Part shown: piece by piece, positions 10,791 through 23,944 of the stretch | Numbering within the stretch: the stretch's first letter is position 1 | How the letters are laid out: every line of letters starts with the position of its first letter | Origin: a plasmid | Direction: 5' to 3' (one strand) | Length of the DNA: 64,000 bases | Sequence record: NZ_CP106961.1 | Notes under the pieces: model-generated | Told to the model about the DNA's origin: nothing | Database searches by the model: none | The model's input: the letters and a program-made list of their open reading frames with translations, nothing else | Position numbers and translations under genes: made by a program

Positions 10791-11024
10791 GTGTAATTAC
10801 CTTCTGAGGTACATAAAAGATGTCCTTATGATCATATATAAAAATAATCAACCTGTGGGGAAGATGACGTAAATGTAATACAGCTATGTACATTACACGA
10901 TTGTAATGAATTTGTTTCTTAAGGTGTGCTAGATTCATTTCATTGTAAGTGGATGAACCAGTAATTTAATTTAAATCGGTTCTCGAATTCTGTCAGTAAC
11001 CATACTTTAAATAAGGGAATGCGC

Positions 11025-12842
11025 ATGCTGTTGAAAACGTCTCGACGAACTTTCCTGAAGGGGTTAACCCTCTCTGGCGTAGCCGGAAGTCTTGGCGTAT
11101 GGAGTTTCAATGCGCGTTCCAGTCTGAGCCTGCCAGTTGCCGCATCCCTGCAGGGTACTCAGTTTGACCTGACCATTGGTGAAACGGCCGTCAATATCAC
11201 GGGCAGTGAGCGTCAGGCCAAAACAATCAATGGAGGCCTGCCGGGGCCCGTTCTTCGCTGGAAAGAAGGTGACACCATTACCCTGAAGGTCAAAAACCGT
11301 CTTAATGAACAGACGTCCATTCACTGGCACGGCATTATTCTTCCGGCCAATATGGATGGTGTTCCGGGGCTGAGTTTTATGGGCATAGAGCCTGATGATA
11401 CCTACGTTTACACCTTTAAGGTTAAGCAGAACGGGACTTACTGGTACCACAGCCATTCCGGTCTGCAGGAACAGGAGGGGGTATACGGTGCCATTATCAT
11501 CGATGCCAGGGAGCCAGAACCGTTTGCTTACGATCGTGAGCATGTGGTCATGTTGTCTGACTGGACCGATGAAAATCCTCACAGCCTGCTGAAAAAATTA
11601 AAAAAACAGTCGGATTACTACAATTTCAATAAACCAACCGTTGGCTCTTTTTTCCGCGACGTGAATACCAGGGGGCTGTCAGCCACCATTGCCGATCGGA
11701 AAATGTGGGCTGAAATGAAAATGAATCCGACTGACCTCGCGGATGTCAGTGGCTACACCTACACCTATCTCATGAACGGGCAGGCCCCGCTGAAAAACTG
11801 GACCGGACTGTTCCGTCCCGGTGAAAAGATACGCTTACGGTTTATCAACGGCTCGGCAATGACCTATTTCGATATCCGTATCCCCGGGCTGAAAATGATG
11901 GTCGTGGCTGCAGATGGCCAGTATGTAAACCCGGTTACCGTTGACGAATTCAGGATTGCCGTTGCCGAAACCTATGATGTCATTGTGGAGCCTCAGGGTG
12001 AGGCCTATACCATCTTCGCACAATCCATGGACAGGACCGGTTACGCTCGAGGGACACTGGCCACGAGAGAGGGGTTAAGTGCTGCCGTTCCCCCCCTCGA
12101 TCCCCGTCCTCTGTTGACCATGGAAGATATGGGTATGGGGGGAATGGGACATGATATGGCAGGAATGGACCACAGCCAGATGGGAGGCATGGATAACAGC
12201 GGAGAGATGATGTCTATGGACGGTGCTGACCTTCCGGATAGCGGGACATCCTCCGCGCCCATGGATCACAGCAGCATGGCCGGTATGGATCATTCCCGGA
12301 TGGCCGGAATGCCGGGTATGCAAAGTCATCCTGCGTCAGAAACGGATAACCCACTGGTTGATATGCAGGCGATGAGCGTCTCTCCGAAATTAAATGATCC
12401 GGGTATTGGTCTTCGAAATAACGGAAGAAAGGTTCTCACGTACGCGGATTTGAAAAGCCGCTTTGAGGATCCTGACGGACGTGAACCTGGCCGTACCATA
12501 GAACTGCATTTAACCGGCCACATGGAAAAGTTTGCCTGGTCATTTAACGGAATCAAGTTTTCAGATGCCGCACCGGTGCTGCTGAAATACGGTGAGCGGC
12601 TCAGGATCACGCTGATCAACGATACCATGATGACTCACCCCATTCACCTGCATGGTATGTGGAGCGATCTGGAAGATGAAAACGGTAATTTCATGGTTCG
12701 TAAACACACAATAGATGTTCCCCCTGGTACAAAACGCAGTTACAGAGTGACAGCAGATGCGCTTGGCCGCTGGGCGTATCACTGCCATTTGCTCTATCAC
12801 ATGGAAATGGGAATGTTTCGTGAAGTCCGGGTGGAGGAATGA
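11025..12842 (+). CDS. pcoA: multicopper oxidase PcoA (Tat signal RRTFLKG; Met/His-rich loop)
   Basis: [13 protein letters not shown] start, [16 protein letters not shown] copper sites; ORF track start 11019 is 2 codons upstream. Confidence 0.9.
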   Translation: MLLKTSRRTFLKGLTLSGVAGSLGVWSFNARSSLSLPVAASLQGTQFDLTIGETAVNITGSERQAKTINGGLPGPVLRWKEGDTITLKVKNRLNEQTSIHWHGIILPANMDGVPGLSFMGIEPDDTYVYTFKVKQNGTYWYHSHSGLQEQEGVYGAIIIDAREPEPFAYDREHVVMLSDWTDENPHSLLKKLKKQSDYYNFNKPTVGSFFRDVNTRGLSATIADRKMWAEMKMNPTDLADVSGYTYTYLMNGQAPLKNWTGLFRPGEKIRLRFINGSAMTYFDIRIPGLKMMVVAADGQYVNPVTVDEFRIAVAETYDVIVEPQGEAYTIFAQSMDRTGYARGTLATREGLSAAVPPLDPRPLLTMEDMGMGGMGHDMAGMDHSQMGGMDNSGEMMSMDGADLPDSGTSSAPMDHSSMAGMDHSRMAGMPGMQSHPASETDNPLVDMQAMSVSPKLNDPGIGLRNNGRKVLTYADLKSRFEDPDGREPGRTIELHLTGHMEKFAWSFNGIKFSDAAPVLLKYGERLRITLINDTMMTHPIHLHGMWSDLEDENGNFMVRKHTIDVPPGTKRSYRVTADALGRWAYHCHLLYHMEMGMFREVRVEE

Positions 12843-13738
12843 TGCGAATGAAGAGAAATTTGAAGGCCATACCTGTTCTGGTCGCCGGTTTGTTTACCTC
12901 ACAGCTTTCTATTGCGGCGGGCTCCGTCTCTGCAGATCCCCACGCCGGGCACGACATGTCTGCCATGCAGATGCCAGCAGATGAGAATTTCACTGAGATG
13001 ACGTCAATGGAGCCCATTGTAACTGAGAGCAGAACGCCAATTCCGCCTGTTACCGATGCCGACCGGAAGGCTGCATTCGGCAATTTACAGGGGCATGCGA
13101 TTCACGACAGTGCGATTAATTATCTGGTTCTGCTGGATCAACTGGAATGGCAACGGTCGGATAACACCAACAATTTCAGCTGGAGTGTTAACAGCTGGAT
13201 TGGAGGCGACACAGATCGGATTTGGCTAAAGAGTGAAGGTGAACGAAGCAATGGGGAAACGGAGGCGGCTGAAGCGCAGTTACTCTGGGGACATGCGGTT
13301 GGCCCATGGTGGGATTTGGTTGCGGGTGTCAGGCAGGATTTCAGACCTGCTTCTGCCCGGACCTGGGCTGCTGTCGGTTTTCAGGGGCTGGCACTCTATA
13401 ATTTTGAGTCTGAAATTACGGGTTTTGTCAGTAATGGCGGAAAAGCAGCCCTTCGTCTGGGAGGAGAATACGACGTTTTACTGACTAACCGGCTCATACT
13501 CCAGCCATCCTATGAGGTGAATTTCTACAGTCAGGATGATGAATCGCGGGGTCGCGGCAGGGGACTGACTGACACAGAGCTGGGGCTCCGGCTGCGCTAT
13601 GAAATACGCCGTGAGTTTGCACCCTATATAGGCGTTTCCTGGAATCAACTTTACGGGAAAACATCCGATATGGCGAAAAGAGAAGGTGAGAAAGACCATC
13701 AGGTAGTATTCCTGGCGGGAGCCAGAATCTGGTTTTAA
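12839..13738 (+). CDS. pcoB: copper resistance outer-membrane protein PcoB
   Basis: 299 aa, Met-rich N-terminal region then beta-barrel; overlaps pcoA stop (ATGA). Confidence 0.9.
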   Translation: MMRMKRNLKAIPVLVAGLFTSQLSIAAGSVSADPHAGHDMSAMQMPADENFTEMTSMEPIVTESRTPIPPVTDADRKAAFGNLQGHAIHDSAINYLVLLDQLEWQRSDNTNNFSWSVNSWIGGDTDRIWLKSEGERSNGETEAAEAQLLWGHAVGPWWDLVAGVRQDFRPASARTWAAVGFQGLALYNFESEITGFVSNGGKAALRLGGEYDVLLTNRLILQPSYEVNFYSQDDESRGRGRGLTDTELGLRLRYEIRREFAPYIGVSWNQLYGKTSDMAKREGEKDHQVVFLAGARIWF

Positions 13739-13777
13739 CGCACTGATATAAAACACTCAACTAAACAGGTAAATAAA

Positions 13778-14158
13778 ATGTCGATTTTAAATAAAGCCAT
13801 TCTTACAGGTGGCCTCGTTATGGGCGTTGCTTTCTCTGCTATGGCCCATCCGGAATTAAAAAGCTCTGTGCCACAGGCTGATTCAGCCGTAGCGGCCCCG
13901 GAAAAGATTCAGCTTAATTTCTCGGAAAATCTGACCGTGAAATTCTCAGGTGCAAAATTAACGATGACGGGTATGAAAGGCATGTCATCACATTCTCCGA
14001 TGCCGGTCGCGGCAAAAGTGGCGCCAGGCGCTGACCCTAAATCGATGGTCATTATTCCGCGAGAGCCTTTACCCGCTGGCACTTATCGTGTTGACTGGCG
14101 CGCGGTTTCTTCAGATACGCACCCTATTACCGGTAATTACACCTTTACAGTGAAGTAA
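13778..14158 (+). CDS. pcoC: periplasmic copper chaperone PcoC (CopC)
   Basis: 126 aa, signal peptide, Met-rich loop [13 protein letters not shown]. Confidence 0.9.
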
Positions 14159-14162
14159 TATT

Positions 14163-15092
14163 ATGAACGACCTGATTATGATTGTTATTCGTTTTCTTCT
14201 TTATCTGGATTTGATGGTAATATTTGGATTGCCATTTTTTCAGATATATGGAATAAGCGGTGTCAGACATGAAACCTATAACCTGACTAATTTCAGGTCG
14301 TTTATAACCTTTGCTGTTGTTACAGGCATCATTCTTACTGGCATTAATATGCTCCTGGTATCTAATGCCATGAGTGGAGTAACTGACCTCAGAGAATTAT
14401 CCATCCATGTTATCGAGATGGTGATAGAAGAAACTGATGTGGGTATTAGCTGGATTGTCAGGCTCTGTGCCCTGTTTACCACACTCGGTGCTTTGTTCCT
14501 TTACACTAATAAGAGAGTATTGTCCTGCCTGCTGATGACGATGAGTGGGGGCGTGGCGCTGGCTACACTTGCCTGGGGAGGACACGCCGTTATGCATGAC
14601 GGTCTGCATTACTATCTCCATTTACTGAGCGATCTGACCCATCTCGGCGCTGCAGGTGCCTGGACAGGTGCTCTGGTTGCATTTGCTATCCTGCTGATGC
14701 GCAGAAACGAGCATAATGCACAGAGCGTCATTGTGATATCTGACTCCCTGGCAAAATTTGCCACGGCAGGAACGGTGATTGTTGTAGCCCTGATCCTGAG
14801 TGCGCTGGTCAACTATCTGTATATTGCTGAGGGTAACTTAACTCCCTTATTCAACAGTTCCTGGGGGAGGATATTGCTTGCCAAGACGGCTCTGTTTGTT
14901 CTGATGCTTCTTCTGGCTGCAGCAAACCGGTTTCACCTGGGTCCCCGGCTTGAAGTTATGGTCAGGGAAGGGAATTATGATCGCAGCGTTGCCCTGATGC
15001 GAAACAGCATCCTGACAGAATTCGTTGTTGCGATTATCATTCTGGGCGCCGTAGCGTGGCTCGGAATGCTTGCTCCGTCTCAGGTCAGCTAG
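14163..15092 (+). CDS. pcoD: inner-membrane copper transport protein PcoD (CopD)
   Basis: 309 aa, 8 TM. Confidence 0.9.
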
Positions 15093-15146
15093 GGGACAGC
15101 CAAAGCTCATGCGTGAGATTTTTACTTTCATATCAGCGAGTTGACC

Positions 15147-15827
15147 ATGCAGCGTATTTTAATCGTTGAAGACGAACAAAAAACAGGTCGTTACCTGCAG
15201 CAGGGACTGGTTGAGGAAGGCTATCAGGCCGATCTCTTTAATAATGGCCGCGATGGTCTCGGGGCCGCGTCGAAGGGACAGTATGATTTGATAATACTGG
15301 ACGTGATGCTGCCTTTCCTCGACGGGTGGCAAATCATCAGCGCACTGAGGGAGTCCGGGCACGAAGAACCGGTCCTGTTTTTAACCGCAAAGGACAACGT
15401 GCGGGACAAAGTGAAAGGACTGGAGCTTGGCGCAGATGACTACCTGATTAAGCCCTTTGATTTTACGGAGCTGGTTGCACGTGTAAGAACCCTGCTGCGC
15501 CGGGCACGCTCGCAGGCCGCAACAGTCTGCACCATCGCCGATATGACCGTTGATATGGTGCGCCGGACCGTGATCCGTTCGGGGAAGAAGATCCATCTCA
15601 CCGGTAAAGAATACGTTCTGCTTGAGTTGCTGCTGCAACGCACCGGAGAAGTGTTACCCAGGAGTCTTATCTCGTCCCTGGTCTGGAACATGAATTTTGA
15701 CAGTGATACGAATGTGATTGATGTCGCCGTGAGACGTCTGAGAAGTAAAATTGATGATGACTTTGAGCCAAAACTGATCCATACCGTTCGCGGTGCCGGA
15801 TATGTCCTGGAGATCAGAGAAGAGTGA
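15147..15827 (+). CDS. pcoR: OmpR-family response regulator PcoR
   Basis: [10 protein letters not shown] receiver domain plus winged-helix. Confidence 0.9.
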   Translation: MQRILIVEDEQKTGRYLQQGLVEEGYQADLFNNGRDGLGAASKGQYDLIILDVMLPFLDGWQIISALRESGHEEPVLFLTAKDNVRDKVKGLELGADDYLIKPFDFTELVARVRTLLRRARSQAATVCTIADMTVDMVRRTVIRSGKKIHLTGKEYVLLELLLQRTGEVLPRSLISSLVWNMNFDSDTNVIDVAVRRLRSKIDDDFEPKLIHTVRGAGYVLEIREE

Positions 15828-17224
15828 GGTTCAAAATTTCCCTGACCACACGCCTGAGCCTGATTTTTTCTGCGGTGATGCTTACGGTATGGTGGTTATC
15901 AAGTTTTATCCTGATTAGCACCCTTAATGGCTATTTCGATAATCAGGACCGCGATTTTCTGACAGGTAAACTTCAGCTCACCGAAGAGTTTCTTAAAACA
16001 GAGACGTTCCGGAACAAAACGGATATTAAGTCATTATCAGAAAAAATAAACGATGCGATGGTAGGGCACAATGGTTTATTCATTTCTATAAAAAACATGG
16101 AAAATGAAAAAATTGTTGAACTCTATGCCAAAAATTCTGTTGTTCCAGCGGTCCTGCTTAATAAGTCGGGTGATATTCTCGACTATATGATCCAGACGGA
16201 AGAAAATAACACCGTGTACCGCAGTATCTCGCGGCGGGTTGCCATGACGCCGGAACAGGGTAAAAGCAAACATGTCATCATTACGGTTGCCACGGATACT
16301 GGGTATCACACCCTGTTTATGGACAAACTCAGTACCTGGCTGTTCTGGTTCAATATCGGTCTGGTCTTTATTTCTGTTTTTCTGGGCTGGCTGACCACAC
16401 GTATTGGTCTGAAACCGTTACGGGAAATGACCAGTCTGGCTTCCTCCATGACTGTACACAGCCTGGATCAGCGTCTAAATCCCGATCTGGCTCCGCCGGA
16501 AATCTCTGAGACCATGCAGGAGTTCAATAATATGTTTGATCGCCTGGAGGGGGCATTCCGGAAACTGTCAGATTTCTCGTCTGACATCGCGCATGAGCTG
16601 CGCACACCAGTCAGTAATCTGATGATGCAGACGCAGTTTGCACTGGCTAAGGAAAGGGATGTTTCGCAATACCGCGAAATTTTATTCGCTAACCTGGAAG
16701 AACTGAAAAGGTTGTCACGAATGACCAGTGACATGCTTTTTCTGGCACGTTCAGAGCATGGTCTGCTGCGGCTGGATAAACATGATGTGGATCTGGCAGC
16801 CGAACTGAATGAATTACGTGAGTTGTTCGAGCCCCTGGCAGACGAAACAGGAAAGACAATCACGGTTGAAGGAGAGGGCGTTGTTGCCGGAGACAGCGAT
16901 ATGCTCCGACGTGCTTTCAGTAACCTGCTTTCCAATGCAATCAAGTATTCTCCCGATAACACCTGTACAGCGATACACCTTGAGCGTGACAGTGACTGTG
17001 TGAACGTGATGATTACGAATACGATGTCCGGCCAGGTTCCCGCTAATCTGGAACGTTTGTTTGACCGGTTCTATCGCGCAGACTCATCAAGGTTCTACAA
17101 CACGGAAGGCGCGGGGCTGGGATTATCAATTACAAGGTCGATCATTCATGCTCACGGCGGCGAGCTGTCAGCAGAACAGCAGGGGCGGGAAATTGTGTTC
17201 AGTGTGCGTCTGTTAATGGATTAA
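15824..17224 (+). CDS. pcoS: sensor histidine kinase PcoS
   Basis: 2 TM, HAMP, H-box [11 protein letters not shown], ATPase domain; start overlaps pcoR stop. Confidence 0.9.
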   Translation: MRFKISLTTRLSLIFSAVMLTVWWLSSFILISTLNGYFDNQDRDFLTGKLQLTEEFLKTETFRNKTDIKSLSEKINDAMVGHNGLFISIKNMENEKIVELYAKNSVVPAVLLNKSGDILDYMIQTEENNTVYRSISRRVAMTPEQGKSKHVIITVATDTGYHTLFMDKLSTWLFWFNIGLVFISVFLGWLTTRIGLKPLREMTSLASSMTVHSLDQRLNPDLAPPEISETMQEFNNMFDRLEGAFRKLSDFSSDIAHELRTPVSNLMMQTQFALAKERDVSQYREILFANLEELKRLSRMTSDMLFLARSEHGLLRLDKHDVDLAAELNELRELFEPLADETGKTITVEGEGVVAGDSDMLRRAFSNLLSNAIKYSPDNTCTAIHLERDSDCVNVMITNTMSGQVPANLERLFDRFYRADSSRFYNTEGAGLGLSITRSIIHAHGGELSAEQQGREIVFSVRLLMD

Positions 17225-17440
17225 TACCGTTATTCAGGAGAAACCCGGAAGGTGACAAAAATGTCATCGTTCAGTCACGCGATAAACAGAGGCGGTTTTT
17301 TATAATCAGCCATAAATCAGGACAGCGTGATAATTCAATCGCCCGGTTCCTGGCGTGATGATCAACCAGCCCTGAGATCAAATGCTTTCTCTGTTATAAG
17401 CATTGATTGTTCGGGTATGAAAACACCGGAGACCCAACCA

Positions 17441-17874
17441 TGAAAAAGATCCTTGTATCCTTTATTGCCATGATGGCTGTCGCTTCATCTGCCTGGGCTG
17501 CAGAGACAATGAACATGCATGACCAGGTAAATAATGCCCAGGCGCCTGCCCATCAGATGCAATCATCCGCTGAAAAAAGTGCAGTTCAGGGGGAGAGCAT
17601 GAAAATGATGGATATGAGCGGTCACGATCAGGCCGCAATGTCCCATGAAATGATGCAAAACGGCAATTCTGCTGCCCATCAGGACATGGCTGAAATGCAT
17701 AAAAAAATGATGAAATCCAAGCCAGCAGCTTCTAACGAAACAGCAAAATCATTTTCCGAAATGAACGAGCATGAGAAAGCCGCTGTTGTGCATGAGAAGG
17801 CGAATAATGGTCAATCTTCCGTTATTCATCAGCAGCAGGCGGAAAAGCATCGCAGCCAGATCACCCAGAATTAA
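17441..17874 (+). CDS. pcoE: periplasmic copper-binding protein PcoE (pcoE2)
   Basis: MKKILVSFIAMMAVASSAWA signal peptide; His/Met repeats; ORF-track start 17407 is an upstream extension. Confidence 0.85.
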
Positions 17875-17927
17875 CCCGCAGCTCCACTTGTCAGACCCTC
17901 ATTTGACGCCGAAGTCACTGGCTTACG

Positions 17928-17953
17928 CTCCCGTCCGGGAGCGTTTTTTTCCC
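17928..17953 (+). terminator. rho-independent terminator downstream of pcoE
   Basis: GCTCCCG-TCC-GGGAGC followed by GTTTTTTT. Confidence 0.6.
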
Positions 17954-18375
17954 ATATATCAAACTTTAACTCTGAAGAGGTGGAAGTATCTGACCAACAC
18001 TGTCACGTAACGCCAGATAACTACAAAAACACCTTTTTCCTCCTGTAAATTGCAGTTCCTGCCCGCCAGGATAATTATCCCGAACTCTGTCAATGAACAA
18101 TCAAGGGCAATACAAGGGGGATGCAATACACCCCTGTTTTTCGGGAAATAAGCGAGGATTGACCATTTCTTGTTAATCCCTGAAATGTTCCTTGTTCTTT
18201 ATGCGGTTAGATGCGGATATTGAATTTACTGAGATCCCGCGTAATGGCATACCCAAAGCACTCCTCAAAACGAAACGCAGCCTGCCACGACGAATGTTGA
18301 CGCAAAACATCATCACAGTGAGTAGGTATAGTTCGTGTTCGATATTGGCTTTAGTGAACTGCTATTGATATTCAT

Positions 18376-18413
18376 GGGGTCCGCTTGGAAAACGGAAAAT
18401 ATCCTACGTTAAG
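18376..18413 (+). repeat. 38-bp terminal inverted repeat (IR-L) of Tn3-family transposon
   Basis: GGGGTCCGCTTGGAAAACGGAAAATATCCTACGTTAAG; 37/38 identical to reverse complement of 30305..30342; Tn3-like GGGG...TAAG ends. Confidence 0.8.
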
Positions 18414-18504
18414 CCTGTTTCTTTAGCTGGCATTACAAAAAGCGAGCGTCTGCATGGTACAGACAGACACCCGAATACGATAAAAATGAGACGAAAAAAA
18501 CAGG

Positions 18505-18930
18505 TTACTTAACCCGCTTCCCCGTTTCGTCAATGACCTTTTCGCCGTCCTCTTTGGTAAACGCTCCTTTCTGACCTTCAGGTAGAATATCCAGCACTAT
18601 TTCTGAAGGGCGGCAAAGACGAGTGCCAAGCGGCGTAACGACTACCGGCCGATTAATCAGGATCGGATGTTGAAGCATAAAATCAATCAACTGCTCATCA
18701 CTGAATTTCTCTTCATCAAGGCCCAGGTGTTCATAAGGCTCAACATTCTTACGCAGCAATGCACGCACCGTAATTCCCATATCTGAAATAAGTTTAATCA
18801 GATCATCACGGGTCGGTGGCGTATCGAGATAATAAATAATGGTCGGTTCGTTACCGCTGTTACGGATCATCTCCAGCGTGTTGCGTGAAGTGCCGCAGGC
18901 CGGGTTGTGATAGATGGTAATGTTGCTCAT
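18505..18930 (-). CDS. arsC: arsenate reductase (glutaredoxin-coupled) ArsC
   Basis: 141 aa, MSNITIYHNPACGTSRNTLEMIR with catalytic Cys12. Confidence 0.9.
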   Translation of the reverse strand: MSNITIYHNPACGTSRNTLEMIRNSGNEPTIIYYLDTPPTRDDLIKLISDMGITVRALLRKNVEPYEHLGLDEEKFSDEQLIDFMLQHPILINRPVVVTPLGTRLCRPSEIVLDILPEGQKGAFTKEDGEKVIDETGKRVK

Positions 18931-18942
18931 ATCTTTATCTCA

Positions 18943-20232
18943 TTACAAAGTGATGGAAAGCCGCAACGCCAGCGCGGCCAGAGTGACAAACAGCACGGGC
19001 AGAGTCATGATAATGCCGGTGCGGAAGTAATAACCCCAGGTGATCGTTATATTTTTCCGGGCAAGCACATGCAGCCAAAGCAGGGTTGCCAGACTGCCAA
19101 TCGGGGTGATTTTCGGGCCTAAATCGCAGCCAATCACGTTGGCATAAATCATTGCCTCTTTGACGACGCCAGTCGCCGTACTCCCGTCAATCGACAGCGC
19201 GCCAATCAGCACCGTCGGCATATTGTTCATCACCGACGACAGGAACGCGGTCAGGAAGCCGGTGCCGAACGTTGCTGCCCATAACCCCTTTTCTGCCAGC
19301 AGGTTCAGTACACCAGACAGATACTCCGTGAGCCCGGCATTGCGCAGGCCATAGACCACCAGGTACATGCCCAGCGAAAAAATCACGATCTGCCATGGCG
19401 CACTGCGCAGGACTTTCCCTGTGTTGATGCCATGACCTCTTTTCGCCACGATAAACAGTACTGCTGCGCCAGCAGCTGCTATCGCGCTGACAGGGATCCC
19501 CAGCGGCTCCAGAACGAAGAAACCGACAAGCAGCAATAACAGGACAATCCAGCCCGCCCTGAACGTTGCCGCATCCTTTATCACACTGGCAGGCGTCTTC
19601 AGCAGCGAAACGTCATACGTTGCCGGAATATCCCTGCGGAAGAAGAGATGCAGCATGATCAGCGTGGCCGCAATCGCTGCCGCATCCACGGGGATCATAA
19701 CGGAGGCGTACTGCGTAAAGCCCAGATCGAAGAAGTCCGCCGAGACGATATTCACCAGGTTAGAAACAATGAGTGGCAGGCTGGCCGTATCTGCAATAAA
19801 TCCTGCAGCCATGACAAAGGCCAGTGTCGTGCCCTGGCTGAACCCCAGTGCGAGCAGCATCGCAATCACAATCGGCGTCAGGATCAGCGCGGCGCCATCA
19901 TTGGCGAACAAAGCAGCAACAGCGGCACCGAGCAAGACTATCCAGGTGAACAGCAGGCGGCCACGTCCGTTACCCCAGCGGGAGACGTGCAGTGCGGCCC
20001 ACTCAAAGAAGCCGGACTCATCGAGCAGCAGGCTGATGATGATGACCGCAATAAATGCCGCTGTCGCGTTCCAGACGATATTCCAGACAACGGGAATATC
20101 AGCGATATGGATGACACCGGTTCCCAGCGCCAGCACAGCCCCGATACTCGCGCTCCAGCCAATACTCAGGCCTCTGGGTTGCCAGATCACCAGTACCAGC
20201 GTCAGTAAAAATATACTCCCTGCCAAAAGCAT
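18943..20232 (-). CDS. arsB: arsenite efflux pump ArsB
   Basis: 429 aa from [11 protein letters not shown]; ORF-track start 20310 is a spurious 26-codon extension. Confidence 0.9.
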   Translation of the reverse strand: MLLAGSIFLLTLVLVIWQPRGLSIGWSASIGAVLALGTGVIHIADIPVVWNIVWNATAAFIAVIIISLLLDESGFFEWAALHVSRWGNGRGRLLFTWIVLLGAAVAALFANDGAALILTPIVIAMLLALGFSQGTTLAFVMAAGFIADTASLPLIVSNLVNIVSADFFDLGFTQYASVMIPVDAAAIAATLIMLHLFFRRDIPATYDVSLLKTPASVIKDAATFRAGWIVLLLLLVGFFVLEPLGIPVSAIAAAGAAVLFIVAKRGHGINTGKVLRSAPWQIVIFSLGMYLVVYGLRNAGLTEYLSGVLNLLAEKGLWAATFGTGFLTAFLSSVMNNMPTVLIGALSIDGSTATGVVKEAMIYANVIGCDLGPKITPIGSLATLLWLHVLARKNITITWGYYFRTGIIMTLPVLFVTLAALALRLSITL

Positions 20233-20276
20233 CTCAGACCCCATCATATATGATTTTGTAAATATGTTTTCCTGCC

Positions 20277-20597
20277 TCAGCAGGAGGTGCAGGCTGATTT
20301 GTCCAGCCATTCACGTACATCCTCGCGCAGACACTGCCAGGTCGTCGTGATTGTCTCTGCTGCCCACGCCGGAATATGGGGTGACAGACGATAGTGGATC
20401 CATTTGCCTTCCCGACGGTCAAGAACCAGATCAGCCTCGCGAAGGATAGCCATATGTCGCGAAATTTTGGGCTGCGATTCGGAGGTGGCAACGCAGATAT
20501 CGCAGACGCACAATTCTCCGGACTCCCGGAGAAGCATGACGATGGCTAGCCGTGTTTCATCCGACAGGATTTTGAAAAGCTGAACAGGTTGTAGCAT
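20277..20597 (-). CDS. arsR: ArsR/SmtB-family arsenite-responsive repressor
   Basis: ELCVCDIC metal site and HTH; 106 aa. Confidence 0.9.
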   Translation of the reverse strand: MLQPVQLFKILSDETRLAIVMLLRESGELCVCDICVATSESQPKISRHMAILREADLVLDRREGKWIHYRLSPHIPAWAAETITTTWQCLREDVREWLDKSACTSC

Positions 20598-20682
20598 TTT
20601 TCACTCCGTTCCCTTTAGAATACACATATGTTAGATCATATATATTAACTTTAAAATCACCTGTTCTCTCCGGAGGAGAAAA

Positions 20683-21381
20683 ATGGAACAATTTCCAGCC
20701 CTGAATACTGACTGTTTTGATCAACATATTGCCGAACGTCTGCACCTGCAGGAGCCCCCACGGATTCTGATCCTGTATGGCTCAGTAAGGGAGCGCTCCT
20801 ACAGTCGCTTTGCCGCGGAGGAAGCAGGTCGCCTGCTGACGGCGATGGGCGCGGAGGTGAAATTCTTTAACCCCTCCGGTTTACCCCTGCCGGATGATGC
20901 CCCGGATACGCACCCTAAAGTCTCCGAGCTACGCGGGCTGGTCAGATGGTGTGACGGGATGGTGTGGAGCTCGCCGGAACGGCACGGGGCTATGAGCGCG
21001 GTGATGAAGGCGCAGATCGACTGGATACCGTTGAGTGAAGGCGCGGTTCGTCCTTCGCAGGGCAAGACACTTGCAGTGATGCAGGTTTGCGGCGGTTCGC
21101 AGTCCTTCAATGCCGTGAACCAGATGCGCATTCTGGGCCGCTGGATGCGGATGTTCACAATTCCCAACCAGTCCTCGGTGGCGAAAGCCTGGCAGGAATT
21201 TGATGAGAACGGAAGGATGAAGCCGTCCTCATGGTACGACCGTATCGTAGATGTCGCAGAGGAGTTGTTTAAAATTACGTTGCTGCTCAGGGGACAAACC
21301 AGCTACCTTGCAGATCGCTACAGCGAACGAAAAGAGAGTCATCAGGAACTTTCGTACCGCGTCAATCAGGAAAAAATATAA
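20683..21381 (+). CDS. arsH: NADPH-dependent FMN reductase ArsH, divergent from arsR
   Basis: 232 aa, [15 protein letters not shown] flavodoxin-like motif. Confidence 0.85.
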   Translation: MEQFPALNTDCFDQHIAERLHLQEPPRILILYGSVRERSYSRFAAEEAGRLLTAMGAEVKFFNPSGLPLPDDAPDTHPKVSELRGLVRWCDGMVWSSPERHGAMSAVMKAQIDWIPLSEGAVRPSQGKTLAVMQVCGGSQSFNAVNQMRILGRWMRMFTIPNQSSVAKAWQEFDENGRMKPSSWYDRIVDVAEELFKITLLLRGQTSYLADRYSERKESHQELSYRVNQEKI

Positions 21382-21509
21382 CGCCTTCTGATCGTATAAA
21401 TACACACCATGAGCGTTTTCACAAAGTCTCCTTCTGCCAGGCAGCGGATAATCTTACATGTGTCTGTCGTTTTCAGAAGACGGCAGACCGGACTAAAACC
21501 ATAGGCATA

Positions 21510-21815
21510 TCATTTGCCTTCAACAAGTTCACCGAACAGCTCTTTCACCCTGTTTCTGGCGTCCGTTAGCGCTATGTGCCCTTGTCCGGTGATTTCATAT
21601 ACTCGCCGGATTCGTCGACCGGCCTGAACATGTCGTGAAGTGAGATACCCCTTCTTTTCCATACCGTGCAGCATCGGATACAGGGTACCCGGGCTGAGTT
21701 GATAACCGTGGTGTCGCAATTCCTCAATGATGCCCAGACCAAAGACGGGTTCTTTGGCTGCATGATGCAGGATGTGCAAACGGATCATCCCGCCGTAAAG
21801 ATCTTTGTCGGTCAC
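21510..21815 (-). CDS. PadR-family transcriptional regulator downstream of chrA
   Basis: 101 aa winged HTH, typical chrA-padR module. Confidence 0.7.
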   Translation of the reverse strand: MTDKDLYGGMIRLHILHHAAKEPVFGLGIIEELRHHGYQLSPGTLYPMLHGMEKKGYLTSRHVQAGRRIRRVYEITGQGHIALTDARNRVKELFGELVEGK

Positions 21816-21825
21816 GCCCGGAACC

Positions 21826-23031
21826 TCACAGTGCTAAACTCAACAACCAACCCGCAACACCGCAACTCACTACGACCAGCCACGGCGGCAGTTTCCAGAA
21901 CATCAGAGCGACCAGTGCCACAAGGGCAAGGCCGAAATCTTGCGGAGCGAGAACTGCGCTCGTCCATACTGGTTGATAGAGAGCTGCCAGCAGAAGGCCA
22001 ACTACGGCTGCATTAATACCCTGCAACGCTGCTTGTGTACGGATATTGCGGCGCAGACTTTCCCAGAACGGCAATGCTCCCACAATCAGAAGGAAGGACG
22101 GTGCGAAAATTGCCAGCAGACAAACCAGACCACCCAGCCAGCCAGAAGGCACCTGGTTCATCGAAGCCCCGAGAAAGGCTGCAAAAGTGAACAACGGTCC
22201 AGGAACGGCCTGGGCAGCGCCGTAGCCAGCCAGGAATGTATCAGTGCTGACCCAGCCAGAAGGAACGACTTCAGTCTGCAGTAATGGCAGCACGACATGC
22301 CCGCCACCAAAAACCAGTGATCCGGTCCGGTAGAAAGTTTCTACCATTAACAGCGTCGGATTTGGGAATATCGCCGTCAGCAATGGTAACCCTGTCAGTA
22401 GCACAAAGAACAGCGTGAGCCAGAACAATCCGACGCGACGCCGTATTGAAACGGGCAGCGGATCATGTACCGTCGTCTGCTGAGGTTTGAACAGTAACAT
22501 GCCAGTGACAGCCGCAGTGACGATTACTCCCACCTGTCCCCAGGCCGATGGCACAAGAAGCACAAAGCAGGTTGCCACTGCCATGACAGTAATACGCGGT
22601 ATATCCGGGCAAAGATTTCGGGCCATGCCCCATACAGCTTGCGCGACCACCGCAACGGCTACCACTTTCAGCCCATGCAATACACCAGAGGGCATCACAT
22701 CCCCGTAACTGGTCATCCCCAGCGCAAACAGGATCAGTGCAACTGCTGACGGTAGCGTGAAGCCGGCCCATGCTGCCAGCGCCCCGGTATAACCGGCCCG
22801 GGACAGCCCGAGCGCTATACCAACCTGACTGCTTGCTGGTCCCGGAAGGAACTGGCACAGAGCGACCAAATCTGCATAGCTGCGCTCGGTCAACCACTGC
22901 CGTCGCGTCACAAACTCATCGCGGAAGTAACCCAGATGGGCAATTGGGCCGCCGAAGGATGTCAGGCCAAGTCGGAAGAAAATCAGAAAGACAGCCCAGG
23001 GGCTGTGATCATTCCTGGCAGTATCGTTCAT
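21826..23031 (-). CDS. chrA: chromate efflux transporter ChrA
   Basis: 401 aa, duplicated CHR domains, FRLGLTSFGGPIAHLGYFR motif. Confidence 0.85.
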   Translation of the reverse strand: MNDTARNDHSPWAVFLIFFRLGLTSFGGPIAHLGYFRDEFVTRRQWLTERSYADLVALCQFLPGPASSQVGIALGLSRAGYTGALAAWAGFTLPSAVALILFALGMTSYGDVMPSGVLHGLKVVAVAVVAQAVWGMARNLCPDIPRITVMAVATCFVLLVPSAWGQVGVIVTAAVTGMLLFKPQQTTVHDPLPVSIRRRVGLFWLTLFFVLLTGLPLLTAIFPNPTLLMVETFYRTGSLVFGGGHVVLPLLQTEVVPSGWVSTDTFLAGYGAAQAVPGPLFTFAAFLGASMNQVPSGWLGGLVCLLAIFAPSFLLIVGALPFWESLRRNIRTQAALQGINAAVVGLLLAALYQPVWTSAVLAPQDFGLALVALVALMFWKLPPWLVVVSCGVAGWLLSLAL

Positions 23032-23206
23032 GGTCAGATCCTGATTGCTGGTTTTATTGGCTATTATAATCGAATTTCGTTATCGAAATTCGATTATAAT
23101 AGCCACTGCTCCCTGTGGATAGAATGATGTTTCATGCTTTCCAGATGTTTACTTCAAGAACAGTTTCAACTGCCTGGCCAGTTATGGGCTTTATTCACAT
23201 TCAGTA

Positions 23207-23785
23207 TTATTGCTGTCCTGCTTTTACCCGGAGTATGGTTTGCCGGGTGGTATTAAATTCTCTGGCAACCGCACTGATACTGGCCCCGGAATTAAGGCGC
23301 TCTGACACTATTTTTTTTTGCTCCTCGCTCAAGATGGGCGGACGACCGAAGCGTTTCCCGGCTGATCTTGCCCGAGAAATCCCTGAATGTGTGCGTTCAA
23401 TCAGCAGATCCCTCTCAAACTCAGCCACAGCTGAAATCACCTGCATCGTCATTCTCCCGGCAGCGCTGGTCAAATCAACACCTCCGAGCGCCAGGCAGTG
23501 AACACGAATATCTGACGAAGCCAGTTGCTCAACAGTTTTTCTGATATCCATGGCATTACGCCCAAGACGATCCAGCTTGGTGACTATCAGCACATCACCA
23601 TTTTCCATGCGATCAAACAGCCGGATAAATCCGGGACGTTCGCTGGCAGCAACCGAACCACTTATATGTTCCTCAATCAGTCGCTGGGGTCTGATGGCAA
23701 AACCCGCCGCTTCAATTTCCCTTCGCTGATTCTCGGTGGTTTGCTCAAGAGTCGAAACCCGGCAGTAAGCAAAAACTCGTGACAT
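23207..23785 (-). CDS. tnpR: serine recombinase / resolvase TnpR
   Basis: [15 protein letters not shown] catalytic Ser region, C-terminal HTH; ORF-track start 23860 is an extension. Confidence 0.8.
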   Translation of the reverse strand: MSRVFAYCRVSTLEQTTENQRREIEAAGFAIRPQRLIEEHISGSVAASERPGFIRLFDRMENGDVLIVTKLDRLGRNAMDIRKTVEQLASSDIRVHCLALGGVDLTSAAGRMTMQVISAVAEFERDLLIERTHSGISRARSAGKRFGRPPILSEEQKKIVSERLNSGASISAVAREFNTTRQTILRVKAGQQ

Positions 23786-23944
23786 AGGAAACTTTCCGTA
23801 CGAAATGGATGTCCGAATTATAACGTATGTACGAAACAAATTTCGCTGACTTTCGGACATATTGTTTGCGAGGCGTACGAAACCGACCGGTTTCGGTCAG
23901 TGTAAAGCGATAACCAAAACGAACTATATGCAGAGGAAGCATTT
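23786..23944. promoter_or_regulatory. putative res site / divergent tnpR-tnpA promoter region
   Basis: 159-bp intergenic region between divergent tnpR and tnpA (position only). Confidence 0.35.

Noticed and set aside
11064-13083. Multiple minus- and plus-strand ORFs overlapping pcoA and pcoB
   Set aside because: They are antisense or out-of-frame to conserved pco genes. The Met/His-rich region yields spurious open frames.
18943-20310. 455-aa arsB ORF start at 20310
   Set aside because: ArsB homologues begin at [11 protein letters not shown]. The upstream 26 codons overlap the arsR 3' region and are a spurious extension.
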